Shown here piece after piece: positions 38,121 through 49,515 of a DNA stretch of 64,000 nt (position 1 is its first letter; each line of letters begins with the position of its first letter). Source of the DNA: Sphaerodactylus townsendi. Lineage: Eukaryota. The notes beneath the pieces were generated by a model that was not told the origin of the DNA, did not search any database, and saw only the letters and a program-made list of their open reading frames with translations. Both the position numbers and the translations under genes were made by a program. Location: contig NC_059426.1 in assembly GCF_021028975.2 (NCBI RefSeq), positions 44,826,001 to 44,890,000 of the forward strand. The letters run 5' to 3'.

Positions 38121-39454
38121 CATGATACTTTTTTGTGAGAGTTTTCCAACTCTCTAAGAGAATTTTTAGAGCAAGTAGGTGGAAAAGGAAGATCTGGTGT
38201 CTGAACTCCTCCTTTGAACTTTTCCTCTGGATCAACGCAGTGAAAATTGCCATTTCAAGAATGTTTAACTTTCATATGGAATGGAAGCAAACAAAGCAAG
38301 AAAAATTGTATGTTTTCCAACAGTTTTCCTGCTCTTTGGGTCATACAGTCATTTCTTCCTATGACTGTTCATTGAACAATTCCTCAAGAATTGCACAGCC
38401 AAGCAACACCTGATGTAAAATCTTTTGTTCACAGAAGTTGTCTTACATTTACAGAAGAGGTCCTCCTATGAATGGAAGGGCTCCATTGGATTCAGCCCTC
38501 ACATTTGAGGAAAAAATAAACTGGATGGTTTTCAATTAAACTGATAAACCTACTTCTCAAAAAAGTAGTAATTGCAAAATAAGAAGCGAGGGAGTGCTTA
38601 TGCTCAGTCTTGCTTCTGCTGCTGTATTTGCTTCACTGCTGTTTATGCAGCTGCATAAAATTACTCTGGTCAAGTCCAGTTTGCCACACGTCTACAGAAT
38701 TATTAGTGAATCAATCGCAAGTAAACCAGAATTGGAAGGATTGTGGGTCTTTCCCTTGTTGTCCTTCTCAAAACTGTTTTATTCTGCCCAGGAAAAAGAT
38801 GATTTCCAAGGCTGGGGAACTCATATGGTTTAACACCTTGAGTTATGGTTGATCTTGTTGGCTTCTACATTGCAAATGAAATGTTGCTGTTCCACATGGG
38901 TTGGGAAGGGTTACTCTGCAGAAGGGGAAGGGTCAAGATTTGCCTCCTTAACCTTCATAGCTGTTTTTACACATGAGTCTCATCACTATCCCCTTTCTGC
39001 ATTTGGAAAGGACTAGTCAAATGGGGAATGAGAAAAAATCTATATGACATTGAGCTTTACCAATGGATCATTGAGTAGAACTCAGTGTGTTTACATTGCA
39101 TGCAAAATTGTGTTCCTCCAGCACTTCTTTTGTAATACAGTGACATTTCCCCAAAATCCCTATGTGGAAAAATAGTGTACAATCATGCTGAAACTGAAAA
39201 GTAAAATTTACAGATAAAATCAACTCCCTTAATGTAGATATGATGAAGAAATAGTCAGTTTTCCACCATTGGCTGAGATCCAGATTTACTAGCACAGCAC
39301 TGCAAAAATAATCTGCATAGTAGCTATTCAGATGACCTGTCGAATTTTGGTTGTCAACCCTCCCTCCCACAATTATTGATGGAAAATTATTCCCCAAGGT
39401 GGTTACAAGATCAGCAAGGCTCTAATTACTACAGACAATAGCAACTTCTACAGC

Positions 39455-39670
39455 TAATCCCCACTCTGCCATACAAACTTACTGGGTGGCCTTGGACCAG
39501 TCATACATTCTCAGCCTAGACCCTGGCAAGTATTTGGATGGGAGACTTCCAAGGAATTCAAGAGGGATGATGTGGAGGTAGGCAATGGCAAACCACCTCT
39601 GAACATCTCTTACATTGAAATTCTGTGGGATCTCGTAAGTCAGTTGTGACTTGATGTCAAAATACATACT
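39455..39670 (+). mobile_element. SINE chimera: CORE-SINE fragment joined to a 5S-derived SINE 3' part
   Basis: GGGTGGCCTTGGACCAGTCA then AGTATTTGGATGGGAGAC (5S C-box region) and GGCAATGGCAAACCACCTCTGAAC. Confidence 0.65.
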
Positions 39671-39769
39671 TCAACTCTTCTGTGGCAAATAAAACAGAAA
39701 AACTTCAAAACTTCCACATTTTGCCACATGGAGAAAATATACACATACACATATATACATATCCTGTTC

Positions 39770-39900
39770 CCTGTGTCTTCTTGGCTTTGGCCCGGCTTGG
39801 TGGAATGTTTTTTTCAAATGAGATCCAACTTCTGCAGGACCTGCTTCAGTGCTGCTGGGCCGGAAGGTGGAACTGTTCCAGCAGGCCTATGGTTGAGGAC
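39770..39900 (+). mobile_element. L2 ORF2 extreme C-terminus remnant
   Basis: RKVELFQQAYG* resembles the L2 terminus KTxLFxQAF*. Confidence 0.5.
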
Positions 39901-41587
39901 AGCAACAGTGTTCAATCTAACTAAATTTCCTTCCCTTCCAACTTTATTTCTCTCTGTTCCCTTTCTTATTCATATCCTTTTATCATTTGTTGTTATTCCC
40001 TCCAAATTGGGTTCCTACCTATTAGTGTAAGGGTGCAATGATATTGATAATATAATATGGTTGGGTTTATATGACCTGAATGGTGGCATATGTTGGATGT
40101 TCTCATGGCAGGGAAAGAATCAAGCTGGGAAGTATATGAATTTTAGCTCAGCCTCTTAGCCTGTCGACTATTGCAAGACCCATGCAGGGAACCTCTTCAC
40201 CTAAACAGCGGGCCACATGGATATAGGTGCATTTTAGCTATTCACTTGTATCACTGTGTACACAGATGAATCAGGTCTTAGAAATCAATTCATCAAAACT
40301 GCCTCCTGAACCATTGGCCATTTCCAAATGATCGTTTTGCTAACTGTGATGACAGTCAGAAGCTGCTCATAGTATTCTAGCTTTGCAAATGGCTCCATAT
40401 TAGCTATGACTACTGAAAACAGTGTGCTACGCAAGTGGGTCTTTGACACCTATCATATTCCACTTAACCAGGCTGAAGAGGGTATATCTGTATGACAACA
40501 TTCAAAGCTGAATATCTGGTTTTTATTCCAGTCCTTGAGAAAAGATTTCTCAATGCATAATAAAGCCCTCTGAATTATATCAGCATGGTACTAAAATCCT
40601 GGTGGAAAAAATACAGGCAGAACATAGGAACATGAGTCTGTTTTTTCCCCATTTTTAATGTTATTTCAATTTTTTTTTTACAAACAGAACCTCCCTACTT
40701 TGTGTTAACAAAAGGTAACTATGTTTTTATTATTTGGTTTTTTTTAAAAAAAATAAAAATCACAAAAAGAGACAATATGCTAAAAATNNNNNNNNNNNNN
40801 NNNNNNNNNNNNNNNNNNNNNNNNNNNNNNNNNNNNNNNNNNNNNNNNNNNNNNNNNNNNNNNNNNNNNNNNNNNNNNNNNNNNNNNNNNNNNNNNNNNN
40901 NNNNNNNNNNNNNNNNNNNNNNNNNNNNNNNNNNNNNNNNNNNNNNNNNNNNNNNNNNNNNNNNNNNNNNNNNNNNNNNNNNNNNNNNNNNNNNNNNNNN
41001 NNNNNNNNNNNNNNNNNNNNNNNNNNNNNNNNNNNNNNNNNNNNNNNNNNNNNNNNNNNNNNNNNNNNNNNNNNNNNNNNNNNNNNNNNNNNNNNNNNNN
41101 NNNNNNNNNNNNNNNNNNNNNNNNNNNNNNNNNNNTGGTCTGCTTGGATCATCACTGATTACTCTTTGTTTGGGTTGGCNNNNNNNNNNNNNNNNNNNNN
41201 NNNNNNNNNNNNNNNNNNNNNNNNNNNNNNNNNNNNNNNNNNNNNNNNNNNNNNNNNNNNNNNNNNNNNNNNNNNNNNNNNNNNNNNNNNNNNNNNNNNN
41301 NNNNNNNNNNNACACTTTCCCTTTCCGAGGATGTCTGTTCCGGAGAGGCAAAGTGTCATCAAAATAAAAACCACTTTCTTGTTACCTGCATTGGAGGGCA
41401 TTTATTATTGCACACGGATTTTAAATACATAGCTTCCATTGGTATGGAATGTTCTCCGTGAGGAGGTGGGGAAATAGAGTCTGTAGAATGGGACCTAGAG
41501 ATGACCACGAATATAGTATGCTTTACAATTTATTTTTCCTTCTTTTCACACACACAATGGAGTTCAGGGACTCCCTACTTCAAGGTA

Positions 41588-42450
41588 CCGTATATACTGG
41601 CGCATAAGTCGAGGTTTTCAGCCTTTTTTTAAGGCTGAAAAATGCCCCCCTCGACTTATACGCGGGTCCCACTTACCGGTAATTCTTGGGTGGTGTTCCC
41701 CCTGTCCTTTCTTCGCTCTGATCTTGGCTCTTCTTCTTCTGCAGCCCCTCTTTTCCAGCCATTCTCTTCTGTGCTTTAGTTTTTTCCTGGTTTCACTTTT
41801 GACTGGCAGGCCCCCTCACTAACTCACCCTTTTTTTCCCTTTCCTGGCAGGCTGTAAGACTTGGTTCAGAGAAGCTGCCTGTTGGGTAGCCTGCCTCTAT
41901 GATTTTCTTAAAGGGGCAATGCTGCAAAGATTGCTTCGCATAAACCTTTTGGAGACATTACCCTTTGGGCAGAAAAGCTCCCATAGGAGGCAGACTTCCC
42001 AATGAGCAGCTTCTCTGAAATCAGAATCCTACCAGCCCTGCGGAAGTGGAGGTGAAATAGATGCGTTAGTGACCGTTTTCTGCCTTCTTCTCTGTCACTT
42101 TCTCTGCTGCCCCCTTTCAGCCGCTTCTCTGTGCCTCGTTCTCCTCTGCCTTTTCCACCAACACCTCCCATACCATTCACACTCCAAGGCCCCTAGTTTA
42201 TTCCCTCTCCCCAGACCCACCTTGCCCCTCTTTTAAAAGCCTCCCAAAGGCTTCTGGGGCGCTCCTTTCTCCCAACTGTGGCTCCTTTGCCTGCTCAGCG
42301 CTCCACCTCCCCATGGACCTTTCCCACCCTCGACTTAGTAGGGCCGAGTCAATAAAGACTGCGCCTCTCCAGTTCTTTTCACAAAGGGGCAAGCAATTAG
42401 GGGCCTGCCTCGACTTATATGCTGATCGACTTATACATGAGTATATACGG
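41588..42450. mobile_element. Tc1/mariner superfamily (Tc2-like) non-autonomous element
   Basis: TIR CCGTATATACT / AGTATATACGG flanked by a TA TSD; repeated subterminal CCTCGACTTATA motifs. Confidence 0.88.
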
Positions 42451-42637
42451 TATGATGATGACCATTTGCTCAACTGGATTTTTAAAAGGTTCATGAAATT
42501 TCATTGGTCTATGAATGACTACTTGTCTTAATAGCTAAATGGAACTCACATAGCCTTGGGGCTCATTTGGATTCAATTCACTTTAGGGCCTTTTTACACT
42601 TAACCAGGGCCGTGGTCATCAAATCCCTAGTGACTAA

Positions 42638-42778
42638 GGCTCATTCCGCACATGCAGAATAATGCACTTTCAAACTGCTTTCAGTGCTCTTTGAAGCTGT
42701 GCGGAATGGCAAAATCCACTTGCAAACAGTTGTGAAAGTGGTTTGAAAATGCATTATTTTGCGTGTGCGGAAGGGGCC
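42638..42778 (+). mobile_element. 141-bp PIF/Harbinger-like MITE
   Basis: GGCTCATTCCGCACA / TGTGCGGAAGGGGCC; same family at 45665 and 47556, related to 56302. Confidence 0.88.
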
Positions 42779-43617
42779 TATGTTTCAAATGGAAATGGTT
42801 TTAGACTGTGCATTCCGCCTTCAGAAACTGTTGTTTGGTCTATTCCTTATGGTCTCCACCATGGCGTTGATGGCTCATGCAAGATTGCACATGAGACCTT
42901 TCCAGATCTGATTTGTGCAGAAGCATGACTCCCTCTTCGCTCCCCTCATTAGAAGGCAGCTCAGTATTCCCAGGTCTAATCTTTGCTTCCTCGTCTGTTG
43001 GGAGACCCTGGACAACCTTTTGCGAGGGGTGCCCTTGGGGATTTGCTCACATAGTGTGCCTGTGGTCACCACTGCTTCCATGCAGGGATTGGGGCATGTT
43101 GTGAGGAATTATGTGCACAGGGTATATGGTCAGAATCAGAACATTTTCCCCCATATCAACTTGCTAAAGTTAAGGGCTGTAAGAAATACTCTCATTTCAT
43201 TCACAGATTGCCTGAGGGGCTGCAATGTCCTATTACCCATGAACAACATACTGAAAAGTATTATATAATAAAGCAAAGGGGCACATCCTCCCTCCAACTG
43301 TGCCATGAAGCCTTCTTCATCTGGACCGGGGCCATATATCACAACACCCAACTGTAAGCTACCCACATTACAGGCCCCAGCAATACTTTGGTAGACGTAT
43401 TGATCCAGTGATCAAGTGCAGCCTTTTTTGATCCTGGGGTGGGATCCTGGGGCTAGGGTCACATTCCCCCAAGTATGTCTTTCAGTACCCCAGGATGAGT
43501 GCCTTTCTATATATCTTCCCTCTGTTTACACTCCTAAGAAAGGTAATTGTGAAGGCTCAGGCAGGAAGCTGCCTTCCACAGACATGGGGAAATGGAGTGA
43601 GTGCCTCTTCTGCTTAG

Positions 43618-43729
43618 CAACAGCAGCAGAAATGAAGAAAAGCAGTTGAATCAGACCACGGCTGGCTTATGCAAGCGCAGTCCTAATGTGTCCCAGCACA
43701 AAAATCCACTTGATGAACTACAGATCCAG
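43618..43729 (+). CDS. Candidate internal exon, product unknown
   Basis: Acceptor CCTCTTCTGCTTAG with tandem in-frame CAGs, consensus donor CAG|GTAAGT, open frame NSSRNEEKQLNQTTAGLCKRSPNVSQHKNPLDELQIQ; no homology recognised. Confidence 0.25.
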
Positions 43730-44786
43730 GTAAGTGCAACACTGTATTTCTACCTCTGCCCTGATGTTAGATCTATAAATACTGAGAAAAAGTAACGGGT
43801 CCACATATAAACTCCTTATTTATCTGCCAGAAATCTGATTTTTAGGCTTTTGTCATAGTTAGTCCCCAGATATTTTAATATTAGATATTGACATAGTATG
43901 GGTGCAAGGATATCCATTCATGAAGTACAGTTTTCCTGCCTCTCCCAAAGCAGCCTAAAATGTACTCCATATCCCATTCATTTTACAGGGGGGACAGGAT
44001 TTGGGAGTAATTTAGGACTACATGGAATGTGGGAAATTGCACTCCTTGAGTGGAAATTCTTGCAACTGGGAAAAATCTTAATTTGGATCCAATCCATTAT
44101 GACTGAGTTGAGCCCTTTTGTGGTTCTAGCAGCAAGTAGGCAAAATGAATTCCTCCCTCCCTTCCTCCCTCCCTCCCTCCCTCCCTTTCATTCTGCATTA
44201 AAAATATCCTATCAATGAACTCTGAGAGGGAGAGTCCAGGACACAGTGGCCAAAAAAAGATGATGGAAGGAACCTTGCCCCCCCCCCATCTTTTTGCACA
44301 AAAGTTGTACTGCCTTGTATACTGCTTGTAACATGCAGCAAGAAAGAAGAAAGGCAGAGATTATTTTCTGATACCATCTGATTTACGATATGGATTGTGC
44401 TTGAGAGCATTACATAAATACAGGTATGCCATGAATGCAAGTATTCCACCACACAAACACAGCACTTTTTGGTACTTTAATTTGATGCCAATAGAAAAGT
44501 TACACACGCACAAAGTGGAGCCTTGCTGCATGAAAACTCCACATTCCAAACTTAGCAGTGTGTCATGTTGGGAGGTGAGAACCTTCTTAAGAATGTGTGA
44601 ACCTCAACATCTCTAAAAGTGTGAATCATCCCCATTGTTCTCTGCTCTTAAGTATTAATTAAGTACAGGAATGGTCAATTGAACCAGAATGAAAACATTC
44701 ATTCACATTTAAAATATGTGATTTTAACCTATTTTTGCTGCTTCTTTTTTTTTTTTAGGCTCCTGCTTCTCTTGATACACCTAGGT

Positions 44787-44934
44787 CAGGGGTAGGGAAC
44801 CTGCGGCTCTCCAGATGTTCAGGAACTACAATTCCCATCAGCCCCTATCAGCATGGCCAATTGGCCATGCTGGCAGGGGCTGATGGGAATTGTAGTTCCT
44901 GAACATCTGGAGAGCCGCAGGTTCCCTACCCCTG
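44787..44934. mobile_element. 148-bp palindromic hAT MITE
   Basis: Near-perfect foldback CAGGGGTAGGGAACC...GGTTCCCTACCCCTG, TSD ACCTAGGT. Confidence 0.95.
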
Positions 44935-45767
44935 ACCTAGGTGATGAATTAGCAGCTCAAGTGTAACTCCAAGGACAGCTGATATACATTTGCTGCAATG
45001 TGATATATGTTAGGGATTTTAAAGAGGAAAAAGGTAATCCACCAGGGAGCAGGAAGAGCTCAAATTACTGTCCGCCATGAAGCTCACTGGATTAAATGGA
45101 AGGTTAGAAATCATATGTTTGAGGGACCTTCTTTAATTGTTTGAAATTTGAAATTTTTGAACGCATATTTGAAATTTTCATTGCTGTGTATTACTTATTC
45201 TTTTTTAAAATGCTTTTCATTAATTTTAATAAATCATTCTATTATTACACAGTCATTATGTCAGTACAATATACATTCAATATACATTAGACTCATGTTC
45301 ACTAACATTGTAAGGTAAAGTAATCCAATTAATTGGATTGTAATTCATTATACTTAATTTATCCAATAAACTTTCCCCTTTCAAAACAACATATCTTAAA
45401 TGAGTATAGGCTTCCCCATCAGGTTGGCTGAATCTGAGGAATTGAAAGAAAAAAAATTAAATGAAGGAATCAAACAAGAAATATTTCTCAAATAAATAAT
45501 CTTCTAATAATAAAGTTAAATCTAAATGTATATTTGTATACTTAATTTTCCATTAACAAGTGCTTACTAACCATTTGTTTTTTACCATTCTTTTCCAAAA
45601 ACTGCAAATATTCCTTCCAGGTTTCCTGGAACTTACTCCATGGTAGTTCCTGAACTGTAACTGAGGCTCATTCTGCACACGCAGAATAATGCACTTTCAA
45701 ACTGCTTTCAGTGCTCTTTGAAGCTGTGTGGAATAGCAAAATCCACTTGCAAACAGTTGTGAAAGAG

Positions 45768-46407
45768 TATTGTCGAAGGCTTTCACGGCCGGAATCACTT
45801 GGGTGCTGTGTGGTTTCCGGGCTGTATGGCCGTGTTCTAGCAACATTTTCTCCTGACGTTTCGCCTGCATCTGTGGCTGGCATCTTCAGAGGATCTGATG
45901 TTGGGAAAGCGAGTGGAGTATATATCTGTTGGAGTGTCCAGGGTGGGTGGGGAAACCTTGTCATAGCTTGAAGTAACAAAAGCTGGCAACCAGGTCAGAT
46001 TAGAAGTTGAGGGCATCTGAATAGAAGTAATGAGGTAACAATGAAGATCTGATAGCCTGGGAGTAACCCTGTAGATAGCAAGGTCACTGGTGGGAGCATC
46101 TGAATAGAAGTATCCTGGCCTTTGTTTCTTTTGTCTATGGTCATCCTGTGTTTGTGTGGAGCTGTTTGACACAGTCTTGACCCTAGTATTTTTCAACACT
46201 GGCAGCCAAGTTCTGTTCATTTTCAAATAATGATAAACCAACCTGGACATGGAATATTATTTGAAAAAACAGAAATTCTGGACCACTCTGAAAGCCACTA
46301 CGTCAGACTACACAGAGAAGCAATTGAAATCCATAAGCACATGGACAATTTTAACAGGAAGGAAGAAACTATGAAAATAGTACAGCCCGGAAACCACACA
46401 GCACCCA
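45768..46407 (-). mobile_element. Penelope-like retroelement fragment with internal inversion
   Basis: GIY-YIG C-terminal region NQPGHGILFEKTEILDH..RLHREAIEIHKH..NFNRKEE on + (46229-46378), its continuation KMNRTWLPVLK and the pseudo-LTR on -; 13-bp TSD AGTTGTGAAAGAG. Confidence 0.92.
45851..45893 (-). ncRNA. Minimal type I hammerhead ribozyme motif
   Basis: UCCU-CUGAAGA-U-GCC(loop)GGC-GAAAC-GUC-AGGA: stem I UCCU/AGGA, core CUGANGA and GAAA, GUC cleavage triplet, palindromic ACGU in place of stem III. Confidence 0.85.
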
Positions 46408-47555
46408 AGTTGTGAAAGAGGTTTGAAAATGCATTATTTTGCGTGTGCGGAAGGGGCCTGAGAGTCTGTCTAACTTCAAATACTCCGAAATTTGTAGCAG
46501 CCAATCTTCTATTGTTAATTATTGGTCACTTTTCCAATTTTTAGCAGTTTTTAATTTAGCCGCAGTGGTCATATAAAAAAAGAGTTCAACATTTATGTTA
46601 GGAATCTTTTTTATTCCTAATCCCAACAGATATAATTCCGGGGCAAAATCTATTGGTACTTTCAATATATTTTGTACATTATTATCTATTCCCATCCAAT
46701 TTTTTTCTTATTTTAGAGCACATCCACCACATATGTATCAATGTTCCCATTTCTTTTTGACATCTTCAACATTTGGGGGAGTTGTCACTGTGTATTACTT
46801 ATTCCATGTTGTGCTTGTGGTGGTGGGGAAAGGCTGAAACCTTTAGGCTTGAGCAAAATAAAATCAGTAAAATTCAGTTTTTGCATTTGGTGCTGTTTTT
46901 GTTCTTGTTTTGGGTGGATTTGCTGCTGTTTGAAGTGTTTTTATTAAGGGCTCCCACAGTTAAATTCATGTGTTTGCCTTTTCCCACTGGTGTTCTGTGT
47001 TTGCTTTTGGGGGGTGTTTTCTTGCAGATTTTTAATTGCTTTTGGGGGGTGTTTTCTTGCAGATTTTTAATTTAATTAATTTAAATATTAAGTTTTAATA
47101 TTTTACTTTTGTTTGCCAAACTTTTTGGTGGTTTTCTTTCCTGCTGGTTCTATGTTTGCTGGGTTTTGTTTGGTTTTCTGGTTAGAGTTGCTGGGAGTTG
47201 GGTGGACCTGTGGGTCTCACCACATTGGTTTGTAGGGTTTGGTGGGGAGTGTTGTTTCTCTGCTGAGAAAGGTGGGTTGCTGTGGTAATGTTTCTGAGTT
47301 TTCTATATTTGACCCACAGTTTCCCCCAATTATTAGATTTAACTAGACGCTAGTTGTTCAAGGCTTGATAGGTTTGATAGAGTTTTTCATTTGATTCAGT
47401 GACATAGGGTTTCAGTTTCCTACTTAACAGCATATTCCCAGGTTCAAATAAGAGTGAAGAATGACGGTTCTGGGTTTGAAAATAGTTAAATAATGTAAAA
47501 GTAGCCTTTTTGGATTCAGTCCCACCTTCACCATAGGTGAGGGTGGCATGGCTTA

Positions 47556-47696
47556 GGCCTCTTCCGCACACGCAAAATAATGTGTTTTCAAACCTCTTTC
47601 ACAACTGTTTGCAAGTGGATTTTGCCATTCCGCACAGCTTCAAAGAGCACTGAAAGCAGTTTGAAAGTGCATTATTTTGCATGTGTGGAATGAGCC
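47556..47696 (-). mobile_element. 141-bp PIF/Harbinger-like MITE
   Basis: Reverse copy of 42638-42778. Confidence 0.88.
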
Positions 47697-48571
47697 CCAG
47701 ACACTAGCATCTTAGGCCTCAGTGTTATTATAGCAACTCCTTCCAAGTTCCTGTGGAATTTGGGGCAGCTTTTAGTGTTATTACAGCAGGACAGACTAAA
47801 CTTTAGCTACTTTCCCCTGTTCTAAAAAGTTTCACCTTCCATCTCCAGGTCAGGATAGTTGGAGGCTAACCTCAGATAGATTTAGGAATAGGTAACTAGT
47901 CAGTTTTTTTTACAAAAACTTTTCTAATTGAATCAAGGTCAGTTTTGGAAAACTTTCACATTTGAAAAAAAGTTCTTAAAAGCTGTCATGGTTTGCTAGG
48001 TCAGCTACCTAAGGCACATAAATCCTCTATATCAGTTAACCAGATTTTGGCCAAGGGAAACCATGAATGGTAGAAAGAGACTGCACAGGAGCCCGGGGGG
48101 GGGGGAGGGAAGGAGAAAACGAGAGGGGGAGAGGGGGAGGGGAGAGTTTTGGCCTTCCCTCAGCCTGTGAGGAGACCTGCCCCACAACCATCTTCTACCA
48201 CTCATTGTCTGGCTGGAGTGGTACGATGAAGGTGCCTCGCAAGGCACTCGTCCTTGCTGAGGCAGCTACTGGGGCAGATCCCCCCTCACAAGACAGTGTA
48301 GGAACTGGCTCTGTGCAGGGACCTGCTGCATGGGCAGCTGATGTTGCCCGCCCCCACTTTCCAGCAGCAGGAGGAGAAAACACCTTACCTGTTCTTGGTG
48401 GTGAACTTGGAGGAGAGGTGCAACCCCTCCTACAGAGCTTTTCAGCCCCCAAGAACTCAAAAAATGCTAGAGGAACTAGGTGAGGAAGAGTTGCTGACAT
48501 GCCATCATTCTCCCTGATTACTTCTAAACTCAGCAGTCTTTCCAAGAGTATGCAGGAGGGAAGGGCAGAGT

Positions 48572-48602
48572 TGGAGGAGGAGGAGGAGGAGGAGGAGGAG
48601 GA
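48572..48602. repeat. (GAG)n microsatellite
   Basis: About 9-10 GAG units. Confidence 0.95.
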
Positions 48603-48970
48603 ACAGATGGAGGTGCACCCTGAGGTGCAGCCATCTCAATCCCCTGCCCTTCTGTCACCTCTTCCTGAGCCCGCTAGACATGGTGTGCATTTCCAGAGCT
48701 CCTCAGAGGAGGTGGCTCCAGGTGTGTCTGCAGCTGGTTGCCAGCATGGGTGTACCATCACATTCACAGTCATTTTTCTAGGGTCCTGCTTGCAATTCAC
48801 AAGCAAATTGCAATCCAAACCAAATCCTGATCTAGAATACATTTTGAACACTACTCAGTGTTGCAGTGGTAGCATTCGCAGTGTCCATATCTCCCTCTTT
48901 AAAACCTTTCGCCCCTTTTGTAGCAATGAATCTCAACTGGAAACAATTTTGACTCTATTGCAATGACTTA

Positions 48971-49099
48971 GGCTGATTCCGCATGGGCTAAAAACAGCGG
49001 TGTGAAAATGGTGTAAAAGGGTTTAAAACAGCGTAGAAGGGTTTATACTGTTTTCACACCATTTTCACACCGCTGTTTTTGGCCCATGCGGAATCAGCC
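48971..49099. mobile_element. Palindromic Harbinger-like MITE
   Basis: GGCTGATTCCGCATGGGC / GCCCATGCGGAATCAGCC, near-complete foldback. Confidence 0.85.
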
Positions 49100-49353
49100 T
49101 CTGTTACTAATTTTTGTTCAATCACAGAATCTACATTTGAAAGGACACACATTACAGTTTCCACTTGCAAAGGACAGCATCCAACCAGTCAGACCAGAAC
49201 TCTTCTCTCCCGCAGCCTCCGCCCCTGATACTTTTAAGAAAAGAAGAGTTCTTTAATTAGAGAGTCTCTCTGGTCAAACTCTCTTCTGCCTTCCTCTCTA
49301 TAATTGGGCTATCCCCAGTCACACCGTGGTTCATTTTATTTTAATTTTTCAAG

Positions 49354-49515
49354 GTGCCTGAGCATTCAGGAAGGCCAGTACAAAATGAGGGCCTGTCAAA
49401 AGATGCAGTGTGGCGTCATTGCACAGTTGATGGCAAGGAGCCAGGTCTGTCAACACATGGCTTTGTACTATCCGGGGGAGAGAATTTGATTCTTCAGCAG
49501 TGTCTAATCAGTTGA
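49354..49515 (+). CDS. Candidate terminal coding exon ending in CLIS*
   Basis: Acceptor TTTTATTTTAATTTTTCAAG|GTG, 53 open codons in phase 0, phase-compatible with the 43729 donor; no homology recognised. Confidence 0.2.
   Translation: MPEHSGRPVQNEGLSKDAVWRHCTVDGKEPGLSTHGFVLSGGENLILQQCLIS

Larger units (their letters stand above)
45665..46458 (+). mobile_element. 141-bp Harbinger-like MITE split by a Penelope insertion
   Basis: The two halves reconstitute the 42638/47556 family; TSD TGA. Confidence 0.92.
45201..46800 (-). mobile_element. L1-clade LINE 3' fragment (interrupted at 45665-46458)
   Basis: Zn-knuckle C*RCQKEMGTLIHMWWMC, then TTAAKLKTAKNWKS..KLDRLSVTVQELPWSKFQETWKEY, in frame once the MITE and one TGA are removed; T-rich tail on the left. 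Confidence 0.88.

Noticed and set aside
40702-41432. Long ORFs containing X runs (also at the other N-gaps)
   Set aside because: Artefacts of N-gaps; several gaps sit at retroelement tails and probably hide simple repeats.
43136-43366. Possible decayed LINE endonuclease (VVIYGPGP..MLFMGN)
   Set aside because: Only a faint resemblance to the YRPP and GDFN motifs; cannot be supported without an HMM search.
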